Below are positions 9,274 through 19,304 of a DNA stretch of 64,000 nt, piece by piece (within the stretch, counting starts at the first letter, position 1; every line of letters starts with the position of its first letter). The stretch is from Candidatus Neomicrothrix parvicella RN1 (GTDB lineage Bacteria > Actinomycetota > Acidimicrobiia > Acidimicrobiales > VFJN01): assembly GCA_945898515.1 (NCBI GenBank), contig CAMDIH010000002.1, positions 6,603-70,602 of the forward strand, read 5' to 3'. A program made the translations under genes and the position numbers. Below the pieces are notes generated by a model, which made no database searches, had not been told where the DNA came from, and was given only the letters and a program-made list of their open reading frames with translations.

Positions 9274-10527
9274 TTAGGAGCGGGTCTGGCCCTGACCGTG
9301 GATCACGAACTTTAGGGTGGTCAATTCGCGTAAGCCCATGGGCCCGCGGGCGTGAAGCTTCTGGGTGGAGATGCCGATCTCGGCGCCGAAGCCCAGTTCC
9401 TCCCCATCGACAAACCGGGTGGAAGCATTGACCAGCACGGCGGCAGCATCCACCTCAAGACAGAAGCGTTCTGCCGCTCGCAGATCAGTGGTGACGATGG
9501 CCTCGCTGTGGCCTGTGCTGTATCGGGTGATATGGGTAATGGCGGCGTCAAGGGTATCCACTACCCGGATGGCCAACTTCATATCCAAGAACTCGGTGGC
9601 GTAGTCGTTCTCGGTGGCCAGGCTCGTCACCCGCTCCCCGAGGATCTCGCCGGTGGCGGCATCCCCCACGAACTCCACCCCCTCGAGACGAGGGGCTAGG
9701 TCGGTAAGGAAGGTGGCCGCCACGTTGCGATGCACGAGCAAGGTCTCGGCCGCGTTGCACACCGAAGGCCGCTGCGTTTTGGCGTTCTCCACAATGGCCG
9801 CGGCCATGGCCAGGTCGGCTGAGGCATCGACGTACACATGACAGTTGCCATCTCCATCGATCACGTAGGGAACGGTGGCGTTATCGAGCACCGTACGAAT
9901 GAGAGACGGGCCCCCCCGAGGGATGAGCACATCGATGATGCCGCGTAGGCGCATGAACTCCACGGCGGCCTCTCGCGCCGTGTCCTCCACCAGCACGAGA
10001 GAGTCGTGCGGAAGCCCGGCCTTGGCCAGGCCCTCGCGCAGGGCCGAGGCGATAGCGATGTTGGAGCGGATCGCGCCGGAGGACCCCCGTAGGAACGCCG
10101 CATTGCCCGACTTCAAGCAGAGACCAAATGCATCGCTGGTCACGTTGGGCCGATTTTCGTAGATGATGGCCACGACGCCCAAGGGGACCCGCACCCGCTG
10201 CACCTTCAGTCCGTTGGGACGGATCCAGCCGTCGGCCACCTCGCCCACCGGATCCGCCAGACCCGCCACCGACCGAAGACCGTTCGCCATGGACTGCAGC
10301 CGGGCATCGTTGAGACGAAGTCGATCGACCACCAACGCGCCTTGCCCAGCGGCCTCCGCCGCCGCTACATCCTCGGCGTTGGCGCCCAAAATCTCAGCAT
10401 GCCGGTGGAGGAGGACGTCGGCCGCCGCCTGAAGGGCGGCGTCCTTTGTCGCCGTGGACGCGGTAGCCAGAACCCGGCTCGCCGCCTTGGCCCGTGCTCC
10501 GAGTTCGGCAATGGGATCGTTAGCCAC
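9274..10527 (-). CDS. proA: glutamate-5-semialdehyde dehydrogenase
   Basis: ProA-like along the whole length (e.g. 'IYENRPNVTSDA', 'NAKTQRPSVCNAAETLLVH'). The ORF extends to 10584; the GTG at 10527 gives a typical ~417 aa and leaves room for the divergent GNAT promoter. Confidence 0.88.
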   Translation of the reverse strand: MANDPIAELGARAKAASRVLATASTATKDAALQAAADVLLHRHAEILGANAEDVAAAEAAGQGALVVDRLRLNDARLQSMANGLRSVAGLADPVGEVADGWIRPNGLKVQRVRVPLGVVAIIYENRPNVTSDAFGLCLKSGNAAFLRGSSGAIRSNIAIASALREGLAKAGLPHDSLVLVEDTAREAAVEFMRLRGIIDVLIPRGGPSLIRTVLDNATVPYVIDGDGNCHVYVDASADLAMAAAIVENAKTQRPSVCNAAETLLVHRNVAATFLTDLAPRLEGVEFVGDAATGEILGERVTSLATENDYATEFLDMKLAIRVVDTLDAAITHITRYSTGHSEAIVTTDLRAAERFCLEVDAAAVLVNASTRFVDGEELGFGAEIGISTQKLHARGPMGLRELTTLKFVIHGQGQTRS

Positions 10528-10586
10528 CGTCGGAGTGTAGAAGGACAGAACGCCCGATGCCCTACTGAATCTGGCAGGCTTCACCT

Positions 10587-11195
10587 ATGGCGCATTCGGC
10601 ACGGGCGGCGACGGCCGAAGACCTCGGCGACATCGCCGAGGCGCTCGCCTTGGCGTTCCTCGACGACCCCCTCCTGTCCTGGCTTTTTGGCCAAGACCCA
10701 ACCCGCGCCATCCGCTACACCCGGCGCTATTTTCGCAGCGAAAGCGCACGCCATCTCAAGCATCGGCATGTGTACACGACACACGTTCTCTCGGGAGCCG
10801 CCTGCTGGGACCCACCCGGGCACTGGCGCACCAAGACCACCGACATTGTCAAGATCGCCCCCCTCATCCTCCGCGGCACCGGTTGGCGAATGACCCACGC
10901 GCTCGGCGGCCTGGCCCGGGCCGAGCGGATCCACGCCACCTTCCCCGAGCACTATTACCTCGCCATCTTGGGGGTCCGTCCCGACCATCAACGCCAAGGG
11001 GCCGGAACCGCCATGCTGGCCCCGATCCTCCAGCGCTGCGATCGAGAGGGCCTCGGCGCGTACCTGGAGAGTTCGAAGGAATCCAACATCTCCTTCTATG
11101 GCCAGCATGGGTTCCAATTGAAGGGCGAAGTGGACTTTCCCCACGGCCCGAAGATTTGGCCGATGTGGCGCGAACCGCGGCCCCACAATGACTGA
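10587..11195 (+). CDS. GNAT family N-acetyltransferase
   Basis: 'HQRQGAGTAMLAPILQRCDREG' acetyl-CoA binding Q/RxxGxG/A motif; about 200 aa. Confidence 0.7.
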   Translation: MAHSARAATAEDLGDIAEALALAFLDDPLLSWLFGQDPTRAIRYTRRYFRSESARHLKHRHVYTTHVLSGAACWDPPGHWRTKTTDIVKIAPLILRGTGWRMTHALGGLARAERIHATFPEHYYLAILGVRPDHQRQGAGTAMLAPILQRCDREGLGAYLESSKESNISFYGQHGFQLKGEVDFPHGPKIWPMWREPRPHND

Positions 11196-12630
11196 ATCAC
11201 TCGTAGGGCCTTCACGCGAGTTCATCGAGACAACCGCCGCCACCCTGCAGTTGCTCAGCGGTGGCGTCGCCGGAGTGGGGTCGGGCACGTGGCGGCAGGA
11301 TGCGGCCCTGGAGGCGTTCAATCTCGCCTGTGGCCTCGTGGCGATCGATCACCGCATTAGCGACGACGAACTATGGGCCATCATGGGCGCCTTCGGTCCG
11401 TTCCTGCAGACTCGCCTCGCCGGCACTACCCCCGCCGACCTGCGCGACTCAGGCCTGGTGGAGGCCCAACGCCTGTTCATCGCCGCGCCGTCGAACATGT
11501 TCGAGCTGTTCGTGGCGGCCGATGCCGCCGGGGCGAGCAACCACGCCCGGTCCTACTACTCCGCCGCGGTGGAAATCGCCTTCGCCATAGCCGCTATCGA
11601 CCGGCACACTTCCGAAACTGAACTGACCGCCATCGAGCAATTCCGGGGGATGCTCCTGCGGGCGATCGAGACCATGGAACGCGATCGCAGGATGGGGACC
11701 AAGGCCGCGCTAAGCGACCCCCGGGCCGAGACCCCCGCCCTCGTCCACCCACTCCCCGCCACCCCTGTCGCTCCCCGGCCCCTCGATGACCTCCTGAGCG
11801 AACTCGACGATCTCATCGGCCTCGACGCGGTGAAGCACGAGGTGAAACTCGTCACCAATCTGCTGCGGGTGCAGAACATCCGGCGCGAACGCGGCCTTCC
11901 GGTATCGGACCAGAGCCGCCACCTCATTTTCACGGGTAACCCCGGCACTGGGAAAACCACCGTGGCCCGGTTACTGGCGCAGATTTACCACAGCCTCGGT
12001 GTGGTGGATCGCGGTCAGCTCGTGGAAACCGACCGCGCCGGCCTGGTAGCGGGCTACGTCGGGCAGACGGCCCCACTGGTGGTGGCCCGATTTGATGAGG
12101 CCGACCAGGGTCTCCTGCTGATCGACGAGGCCTATTCACTGGTGCGGGGCGGGGAACGTGACTTTGGGCGAGAAGCGATCGACACCATCGTGAAATTGAT
12201 CGAAGACCGCCGGGATCGTCTCGTCGTGGTGATGGCTGGCTATCCCGACGAGATGGAAGCCCTGATCGAATCCAACCCCGGCCTGCGGTCGCGCTTCCCG
12301 AAGTCGATCCATTTCCCGGACTACACCACCGACGAACTCCTGCGGATTGTCAGCCAACTGGGCGGGGCGGCTGGCTACCAACTCAATGCGGGGGCCACCG
12401 CCGCGGCCCGCCGGTGGTTCGATGCCATCGAGCGCGAGCAGGGATTCGGTAACGGACGCACCGCCCGCAACCTGTTCGAATATGCCGTCTCCGCCCAGGC
12501 CACCCGCCTCGCCCCCGTCGAACATCCCACCGATGCCCAACTCACCACCGTGCTGGCCGAAGACATCCCCCGGCCCGGCACTGGCCCGCTGACCGCCGGA
12601 AGGCCCCCCGCTAGTAGTCTTTCCCCGTGA
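11188..12630 (+). CDS. TerB-like N-terminal domain fused to CbbX/SpoVK-type AAA+ ATPase
   Basis: Two TerB-like repeats, 'AIDHRISDDELWAIMGAF' and 'AIDRHTSETELTAIEQF'. Then Walker A 'GNPGTGKTTVARLLA', Walker B 'LLLIDEAYSL' and 'VVMAGYPDEM'. Confidence 0.75.
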   Translation: MTESLVGPSREFIETTAATLQLLSGGVAGVGSGTWRQDAALEAFNLACGLVAIDHRISDDELWAIMGAFGPFLQTRLAGTTPADLRDSGLVEAQRLFIAAPSNMFELFVAADAAGASNHARSYYSAAVEIAFAIAAIDRHTSETELTAIEQFRGMLLRAIETMERDRRMGTKAALSDPRAETPALVHPLPATPVAPRPLDDLLSELDDLIGLDAVKHEVKLVTNLLRVQNIRRERGLPVSDQSRHLIFTGNPGTGKTTVARLLAQIYHSLGVVDRGQLVETDRAGLVAGYVGQTAPLVVARFDEADQGLLLIDEAYSLVRGGERDFGREAIDTIVKLIEDRRDRLVVVMAGYPDEMEALIESNPGLRSRFPKSIHFPDYTTDELLRIVSQLGGAAGYQLNAGATAAARRWFDAIEREQGFGNGRTARNLFEYAVSAQATRLAPVEHPTDAQLTTVLAEDIPRPGTGPLTAGRPPASSLSP

Positions 12631-13550
12631 TACAGCGGCTGCTGGCGGGACTTGGGGCGGTGGTGATGATCGGCGGGTCACTTATGATGCGCGAAACCCT
12701 CGATAGCCGTGACGGCGGGTCCCCGGCCGACGATCGCGTCGTGATCGTCTGCGCCAGTGATCTGGAGACCTACTGCGATGCCTTCGGCAACGAGGTGGAG
12801 ATTCGTTTGGCCACTGCCGCCGATACCGCCGAGGCAATCCGCACCGGGTCGTTGCCGAGCGACATCGACGGCTGGATTACCTCGAGTGCGTGGCTGGAGG
12901 TGCTCGGTGACACCCCCGCTCTGGGCCGGTCAGAGCCGCTGGCCACGTCCCCCATCGTGGTGGCCGGCCTGGCCGACCGGGCTGATGCCCTCTCCACGCT
13001 GTGTGATGGAACACCGATCTGGGGCTGTCTGACCGAATCGGCGGGCCTGTCGGGAACCGAGTTGAACGTGCCGCTCCCCGGGGTACTCAAGGTGGGGGTG
13101 CCCAGCGCCAACTCGGCCCTCGGCCTCCCGGTACTCGCCTCCGTGGCGGCCGGTTCCCTCGGCGGCGTCGACTTCGCCTCCAACGACTTCGACGCGCCAT
13201 TCCGTGCCAACCTGGCCGCCTTGGTCGGCTCAGGGGCGGGCAACGACCGCCGTCCGGTCATCACCATGGTGACCCAGCGGGGCCGGTACGCCGCCGCTGG
13301 CACACCACAGGCCGTCATCACTGAATTGCCGCCTGCGGAAGTAGTGGTCTTCGCCACCACTCCGGCAGTGGCTGCCACCGTGGTGCTGGTGGCCTTCCCC
13401 GATGGCGACGATCTTCCTTCCACGAAATCCGTCCGTGAGGCACTGTTCGCCGCCGGATGGGCCCCGGCGGCCGGGCCTGCCGTGGAACCAACGCTCGGGC
13501 GTGGTGTGATGTCTGCGCTGCACAACCTCTGGCTGGAGGCCATCCGATGA
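12627..13550 (+). CDS. membrane-anchored/exported protein, solute-binding-protein-like
   Basis: N-terminal hydrophobic segment (LLAGLGAVVMIGGSLMM). GTGA overlap with the upstream gene and ATGA overlap with the downstream gene. No catalytic motif recognised. Confidence 0.5.
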   Translation: MIQRLLAGLGAVVMIGGSLMMRETLDSRDGGSPADDRVVIVCASDLETYCDAFGNEVEIRLATAADTAEAIRTGSLPSDIDGWITSSAWLEVLGDTPALGRSEPLATSPIVVAGLADRADALSTLCDGTPIWGCLTESAGLSGTELNVPLPGVLKVGVPSANSALGLPVLASVAAGSLGGVDFASNDFDAPFRANLAALVGSGAGNDRRPVITMVTQRGRYAAAGTPQAVITELPPAEVVVFATTPAVAATVVLVAFPDGDDLPSTKSVREALFAAGWAPAAGPAVEPTLGRGVMSALHNLWLEAIR

Positions 13551-15364
13551 ACCGTTCCCGTGTCGTGCTACTCACCTTGACACTGACCTTGGTGGCGAGC
13601 GCCTGCTCGACATCAAAGGAACCGAGCGCCAACGGCCTGGAGGACCCCGGTAACTGCACCGTCATTGACCTGGCCGTGTCGCCGGAGAAACGCGACTTGC
13701 TCACCGAACTGGCCCAGGACTTCAACGCGAGCGACCAGGCGCTCGACGGTGATCGCTGTTTCTTTGCCCGCGTGCAGGCCAAGTCATCCGGGGCGGCCGC
13801 GCAATTGTTGTCCAGCGAGTGGGACGAAGCCGCTGAGGGTCCCCGTCCGGTTATCTGGTCTCCTTCGGCCTCCACCTGGGGTGCGATTGTGAACCAACGC
13901 CTCGAGGCGCAGGCCGAGCCTCCCCTCACCGGCGAGTTCACCTCGTTCCAACTCACGCCGCTGGTCATCGCCATGCCCAAGCCCATGGCGGAGGCGCTCG
14001 GCTGGCCCAAAGAGCCGCTGGGCTTTGCCGACATCCTGGCGCTTTCCCAGGACCCCGCTGGCTGGGCCGCCTACGGCCACCCCGAGTGGGGCCCGTTTCG
14101 CTTAGGCAAGACCAACCCCAACTTCTCTACCAGTGGCCTCTCGGCACTTCTGGCCCAGGCCTACGCCGCCAATGGGAAGACCGCCGGCTTGTCGATCGAA
14201 GACCTCCAGAAGCCCAGCACCTCCGTCTTCGCCAGCACCATCGAGTCGTCGGTGGTGCATTACGGCGACACCACCCTCACGTTCTTGAACAACTGGTACC
14301 GAGCGGACCAGCGTGGCAACCCCTACGGCTACGTGTCGGCGGTGGCGGTCGAGGAAAAGTCGGTGATCGACTACAACCGGGGCAACCCCGACGGCGTGCT
14401 GCAAGACGGCGAGCAGGCCCGGCCTCCTCGCGTGCCGCTGGTGGCGATCTACCCCGAGGAAGGCACGGTGTATTCCGACAATCCCCTCTACGTACTCGAT
14501 GCCTCCTGGGTCGATAGTGCGCAGAAAAAGGGGGCCGACCGCTTCGTGGACTTCCTGGACCGCACCGACAACCAGAAGAAGGTCCTCGAGTTTGGTTTCC
14601 GCCCGGGAAACCCGAAGGTGGAAGTGTCTAGCCCCATCGACGCTCGCAACGGGTTAGACCCGAATCAGCCCCAAACGCTGCTCGAGATCCCCGAGCCAGA
14701 GGTTCTGGTGCAACTCCTCGCCGACTGGCAGGACCAACGCAAACCGGCCCGAGTGCTCCTTCTCGTCGATGTCTCCGGCTCCATGGGAGAGGTAGCCGAC
14801 CCCGAAACCGGAGCCACGAAACTCGATCTGGCCAAGAGCGCGGCGATCACCGCCCTCGATGAGTTCAATGACGACGACGAAGTGGGCCTCTGGGTGTTCA
14901 CGACCGGCCTGTCAGGGGTCGACGGGCAACCCCCCGATCACCTCGAACTAGTACCCCCCGGTCGGGTGGGCGACGTGGGTGAGAAACTCAAAACCAAGTT
15001 GCGTAGCCTCGTCCCGCTCGAAGCTACGCCCCTCTACGCCGCCACCCAAACGGCCTACGAGAACCAGGTGGCGTCGTACGATCCAACTCGGATCAATGCC
15101 GTGGTACTGCTGTCTGATGGCATCAACGACGACGGCGACCCCGATGATGACCGCAAGCAGTTGCAGTCGCTCCTCGCCGCCCTGAGTGAGGGATCAGAGG
15201 GACAGGCGAGCCAAAAGGTTCGCGTCTTCACGATCGCCTACGGCGCCGGCGCTGATCTCTCCACCCTTCGTAGCATCGCCGAGACCAGCCAGGCCGCTCT
15301 CTACGACTCCAGCGACCCCCGCAGTATCAACAAAGTCTTTGTGGCGGTGGTATCCAACTTCTAG
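13547..15364 (+). CDS. lipoprotein with solute-binding-like N-domain and C-terminal vWA domain
   Basis: Signal peptide plus lipobox 'LTLVASAC'. vWA MIDAS 'LLLVDVSGSMGE'. Confidence 0.8.
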   Translation: MNRSRVVLLTLTLTLVASACSTSKEPSANGLEDPGNCTVIDLAVSPEKRDLLTELAQDFNASDQALDGDRCFFARVQAKSSGAAAQLLSSEWDEAAEGPRPVIWSPSASTWGAIVNQRLEAQAEPPLTGEFTSFQLTPLVIAMPKPMAEALGWPKEPLGFADILALSQDPAGWAAYGHPEWGPFRLGKTNPNFSTSGLSALLAQAYAANGKTAGLSIEDLQKPSTSVFASTIESSVVHYGDTTLTFLNNWYRADQRGNPYGYVSAVAVEEKSVIDYNRGNPDGVLQDGEQARPPRVPLVAIYPEEGTVYSDNPLYVLDASWVDSAQKKGADRFVDFLDRTDNQKKVLEFGFRPGNPKVEVSSPIDARNGLDPNQPQTLLEIPEPEVLVQLLADWQDQRKPARVLLLVDVSGSMGEVADPETGATKLDLAKSAAITALDEFNDDDEVGLWVFTTGLSGVDGQPPDHLELVPPGRVGDVGEKLKTKLRSLVPLEATPLYAATQTAYENQVASYDPTRINAVVLLSDGINDDGDPDDDRKQLQSLLAALSEGSEGQASQKVRVFTIAYGAGADLSTLRSIAETSQAALYDSSDPRSINKVFVAVVSNF

Positions 15365-15406
15365 GCCCACCCCAGTTCACCCCGCCGCCTGTCGTAGCCT
15401 GCGGGG

Positions 15407-16168
15407 ATGGCTGGGCTGTCGCTGCGGGATCGTTTCTTCACTCCCCCGGTAGCCCGGGCCGTCACCTCGCCCTCGGGAATCCTGTTGCTCGGAGCGGGCG
15501 TCAGCCTGGGGATCCTGGTCGGTGGCGGTGTGATCGGCGCGGTCGTCCTCGGCGCCTTGGCCTGGGGCGGTCGGGTGGCGGTCGCCATTCCGCGGCCCAA
15601 CGCCAGGGAGCAGATCGACCCCTTCGCTCTCGCAGACCCCTGGCGGAGGTACGTGGCCGACGCCCTCGGGGCCAAGGCCCGCTTTCACACCGCGGTCAAT
15701 AGTGCCCGGACCGGTCCGCTCCAGGACCGCCTGCGCGAGATTGAAGACCGCGTCGACACCGGGGTACGCGAGGTGTGGGCTATCGCCCGCCGTGGCCACG
15801 AACTCGTGGATGCCCTGCACCGCGTCGATCCCGCGTCGATCCGTGCCGAAGTGGCCCTCTGTACGGACAAGGCCCTGGCGTCAGGCTCGGGCACCGATCA
15901 GCGCACCCTCGAGTCCCTGCGGGCCCAGTTGGCGATCGGTGAGCGTCTCGAAGCGGTCATCGACGACACCGACAGCCAACTCCGTCTGCTCAATGCCCGG
16001 CTCGATGAGGCCGCCGTGCGCACGATCGAACTTTCCGTCCAGGCCGAGGACGTCGCCGACCTCGGCGGTCTTCGGCACGACGTCGATCAGGTGGTGGAGG
16101 AGATGGAAGCCCTCCGCCAAGCCATCGACGAGACCGGCGGCGAGCCCACCCCCTCTACCGCCACATGA
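15407..16168 (+). CDS. membrane protein with cytoplasmic coiled-coil region, unknown function
   Basis: Two hydrophobic segments (ILLLGAGVSLGILVGGGVIGAVVLGALAWGG) followed by heptad-like, Leu/Arg/Asp/Glu-rich sequence. The stop overlaps the murJ ATG. Confidence 0.5.
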   Translation: MAGLSLRDRFFTPPVARAVTSPSGILLLGAGVSLGILVGGGVIGAVVLGALAWGGRVAVAIPRPNAREQIDPFALADPWRRYVADALGAKARFHTAVNSARTGPLQDRLREIEDRVDTGVREVWAIARRGHELVDALHRVDPASIRAEVALCTDKALASGSGTDQRTLESLRAQLAIGERLEAVIDDTDSQLRLLNARLDEAAVRTIELSVQAEDVADLGGLRHDVDQVVEEMEALRQAIDETGGEPTPSTAT

Positions 16169-17889
16169 GTGACATCGCCGGGGAGTTGAACGGACCGCTC
16201 GACAACGTAGAGGCGCCTACCGGTAGCGGATCCATCCCCCACGACGGACGACGCGGCTCCTTCCTGGTGGGCGCGGGCATCCTGCTGTCACGCATGGCGG
16301 GTCTGGTGCGGGAGATGACCATCGCCGGATTTCTCGGCGTCGGCGGCACCGCCGATGTGTTCAAGGCGGCCCTGCGGATCCCAAACCTTCTTCAGAATCT
16401 TCTCGGTGAGGGCGTGCTGTCGGCCTCGTTCATCCCCGTGTACTCGCGACTCTTGGAGAAAGACGAACGGGAAGCCAATCAACTAGCGGGAACGATTCTT
16501 GGGCTCCTGTTGATCGTGATGACCGCGGTGGTGTCGATCGGGGTGATCTTTGCCGGCACGCTGGCCCGGGTGATCACCCCCGGCTTCTCCGGCCAACGCC
16601 TGGAGTTGGCCACCACGTTGCTGCGGATCATGTTTCCGGCCATCGCCTTCCTGGTGCTGTCGGCGTTTTGCACCGGCGTCCTCAACAGCCACCGGCGGTT
16701 CTTTCTCTCGTACGCCTCACCGGTGATGTGGAATGCCACCCAGATTGCCTTCCTGGTCACCGCTGGCATCATGGGTGCCACCAACGTGGGCCTCGCCCAC
16801 GCGCTGGCGTGGGGTGTACTCGTTGGCTCCGTACTGGAAGTAGCCATTCAGGTGCCCGCCGTACGTCGCCTCACCGCGGGGGCCCGACTCTCAGCGGATT
16901 ATCGCTCGCCCAATGCGCGTGACGTACTCAAGCGTTTCGCACCCGTGGCCCTCGGGCGGGGGGTCATTCAGATCCTCCTCTACGTCGAACTGTTCCTGGC
17001 CAGTTTGCTGGCCGCCGGTGGCATCTCGGCGCTCACCTACGGACAGGTGCTCTACCTCTTACCCATCAGCCTGTTCGGCATGGCCGTGGCCGCCGCCGAG
17101 CTCCCCGAACTGGCTCGCCTGGGCCAGTCAGGGCATGCCGCCATCAAGCAACGACTCCACTTGGGTATCGAACGCATCGTGTTCTACGTGGCCTTCACCG
17201 CCGCCATGTACATCTTCGCCGGCGACATCATCGTGGCGGCACTGCTGCAACGAGGCCGCTTCAGTGCTTCCGACACCATGCTGGTGTGGTTCGTGGTGGC
17301 CACCTTTGCTCTCGGTCTGCTCGGCACGACGCAATCCCGACTCCTACAGAACGCTCTCTATGCCCTGAACCAACCCACGACAGTGGCGCGTATCGCCGTG
17401 GCCCGGGTGGCCCTCGCTGCGGGCCTCGGGGCGCTATTCATGTTCCCCCTGGATCGCTTCGTCATCGTGAACTCCCAGATCAAACAAATTGCCCCCATCG
17501 CCTTTCGCCCCCTTCCGGACTACCTGCGCAACCTCCCCGACGGGCCTCCCCATCTGGGGATCGTGGGCTTGGCCCTCGGTGCCGCGCTGTCGTCCTGGAT
17601 CGAATACCGCCTGTTGAAGGCGGCTCTCGAGCGCCACATCGGTACCCTCCCCACCTTCAGTCGCGGTGCTCGCTGGTCTCTGGTGGCGGCCCTAGTGGCG
17701 GGCGTAGCGAGCATGGGTCTGCGGATCGCCGCCACCGGCCTCCCCCCGCTGGTTACGGCGGTGCTGGTGGGAGTGCCTACCGTGCTCATCTACCTCGCCA
17801 TCACCGGGGTGGCGGCCGTGCCTGAATCTATGGCGTTGCTTCGCCGCTTGGACCGATTCCTGCCTGCTCGCGACTCCTCGAGGCGATAG
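16165..17889 (+). CDS. murJ: lipid II flippase MurJ (MviN family)
   Basis: Polytopic membrane protein with the MurJ N-terminus 'SRMAGLVREMTIAGFLGVGGTADVFKAALRIPNLLQNLLGEGVLSASFIPV'. Confidence 0.85.
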   Translation: MSDIAGELNGPLDNVEAPTGSGSIPHDGRRGSFLVGAGILLSRMAGLVREMTIAGFLGVGGTADVFKAALRIPNLLQNLLGEGVLSASFIPVYSRLLEKDEREANQLAGTILGLLLIVMTAVVSIGVIFAGTLARVITPGFSGQRLELATTLLRIMFPAIAFLVLSAFCTGVLNSHRRFFLSYASPVMWNATQIAFLVTAGIMGATNVGLAHALAWGVLVGSVLEVAIQVPAVRRLTAGARLSADYRSPNARDVLKRFAPVALGRGVIQILLYVELFLASLLAAGGISALTYGQVLYLLPISLFGMAVAAAELPELARLGQSGHAAIKQRLHLGIERIVFYVAFTAAMYIFAGDIIVAALLQRGRFSASDTMLVWFVVATFALGLLGTTQSRLLQNALYALNQPTTVARIAVARVALAAGLGALFMFPLDRFVIVNSQIKQIAPIAFRPLPDYLRNLPDGPPHLGIVGLALGAALSSWIEYRLLKAALERHIGTLPTFSRGARWSLVAALVAGVASMGLRIAATGLPPLVTAVLVGVPTVLIYLAITGVAAVPESMALLRRLDRFLPARDSSRR

Positions 17890-17899
17890 GGTCCGCCCT

Positions 17900-18679
17900 A
17901 TGGTCAAATCTCTGAAGCGGTGGTGGAAGTATTTCGTTGCCAAAATCAACTCGTCCTTCAATGCCAAAGCCGACCCCAAGATCCAACTGGAACAGGCCAT
18001 CACCGAGGCGCAGGAGCAACACCGTCGCCTGCGGGAGCAGGCGGCGAACGTCATCGCTAACCAAAAGCAGACCGAAATGCGCCTGGAGCGGGCGCTCGAG
18101 GACCTGGAAAAGGTCAACGGGAACACCAAACAGGCTGTGCTCATGGCCGACGAGGCCACCAAGAAAGGCGAGACCGCCAAGGTCGCCGAGTACACCTCCG
18201 CCGCCGAGTCCTTCGCCACTCGTCTCATTGTGATCGAGGGTGAGGTGGAAGGCCTGAAGCAACTCGTCTTGCAGTCCGCCCAAGCCTCTGATCAGGCCAA
18301 GGCGGCTGTGCAGCAAAATGCCACGCTGCTCCAACGGAAGTTGTCGGAACGCCAGAAACTCCTCTCGCAACTCGACCAGGCCAAGATGCAGGAGCAGGTC
18401 AACGTCGCGATGGCGTCGCTGCAGGAGACCGTCGGCCAAGATGTGCCCACCTTGGCCGAGGTTCGCGAGAAGATCGAAGCCCGCTACGCCAAGGCTCGAG
18501 GGATGGCCGAGCTCACCGGGTCGTCCGTTGAGTCGCGGATGCTGGAAGTGGAGCAAGCCGCCGCTAACAGCGAAGCCCAGACACGGCTGGCCCAGATTCG
18601 TGCACAACTCGGTCTTGAGCCGGGCCTCGAAACGGCCACCGAGCCTGCGGCCGAGCCCGGCGAGGCCGGCACCAACTGA
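17900..18679 (+). CDS. pspA: PspA/IM30 family membrane-stress protein
   Basis: 'DPKIQLEQAITEAQEQHRRLREQAANVIANQKQTEMRLERA' is a typical PspA/Vipp1 coiled-coil N-terminus. Confidence 0.85.
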   Translation: MVKSLKRWWKYFVAKINSSFNAKADPKIQLEQAITEAQEQHRRLREQAANVIANQKQTEMRLERALEDLEKVNGNTKQAVLMADEATKKGETAKVAEYTSAAESFATRLIVIEGEVEGLKQLVLQSAQASDQAKAAVQQNATLLQRKLSERQKLLSQLDQAKMQEQVNVAMASLQETVGQDVPTLAEVREKIEARYAKARGMAELTGSSVESRMLEVEQAAANSEAQTRLAQIRAQLGLEPGLETATEPAAEPGEAGTN

Positions 18680-18693
18680 ACGACGAGATCGGC

Positions 18694-19281
18694 GTGGGAC
18701 CTCACCCCACGCCCTGGCCCAACGATCCCCGCCTCGATGCCCGGTTATTGGCCGACGGCGACCGCCGCAACGTGGTGGATCGGTACCGCTACTGGACCGT
18801 GGAGGCCATCGTGGCCGACCTCGATCGTCGTCGCCATTCGTTCCACATTGCGATCGAAAACTGGACCCACGACCTCAATATCGGCACGGTAGTTCGCAAC
18901 GCCAATGCCTTCGGGGCGGCCGCCGTGCACATCGTGGGACGCCGCCGCTGGAACCGGCGTGGGGCGATGGTGACGGATCGCTACCAACACCTGTTGCACC
19001 ATCCCACCATTGATGATCTGGTGATCTGGGCCGCGGGCGAGGCCACCGAATTGGTAGGAATCGACAACCTCCCCGGTGCCGTCCCCATCGAGACCACGTC
19101 TCTCCCAGTCCGATGCGTGCTCCTCTTCGGCCAGGAGGGCCCGGGCCTCTCCCCCGCCGCCCACGCCGGGTGTTCGCTGGTGTGTTCTATCACCCAGTAT
19201 GGATCCACCCGGTCCATCAACGCCGGCGTTGCGTCGGGGATTGCCATGTACACCTGGCTGCGCCAGCATCCGCCCGCCTGA
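18694..19281 (+). CDS. TrmH/SpoU family RNA 2'-O-methyltransferase
   Basis: SpoU motifs 'NIGTVVRNANAFGA', 'LLFGQEGPGLS' and 'SINAGVASGIAMY'. Confidence 0.8.
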   Translation: MGPHPTPWPNDPRLDARLLADGDRRNVVDRYRYWTVEAIVADLDRRRHSFHIAIENWTHDLNIGTVVRNANAFGAAAVHIVGRRRWNRRGAMVTDRYQHLLHHPTIDDLVIWAAGEATELVGIDNLPGAVPIETTSLPVRCVLLFGQEGPGLSPAAHAGCSLVCSITQYGSTRSINAGVASGIAMYTWLRQHPPA

Positions 19282-19304
19282 TCCGAACCACGGCCCCTCC
19301 TCGC

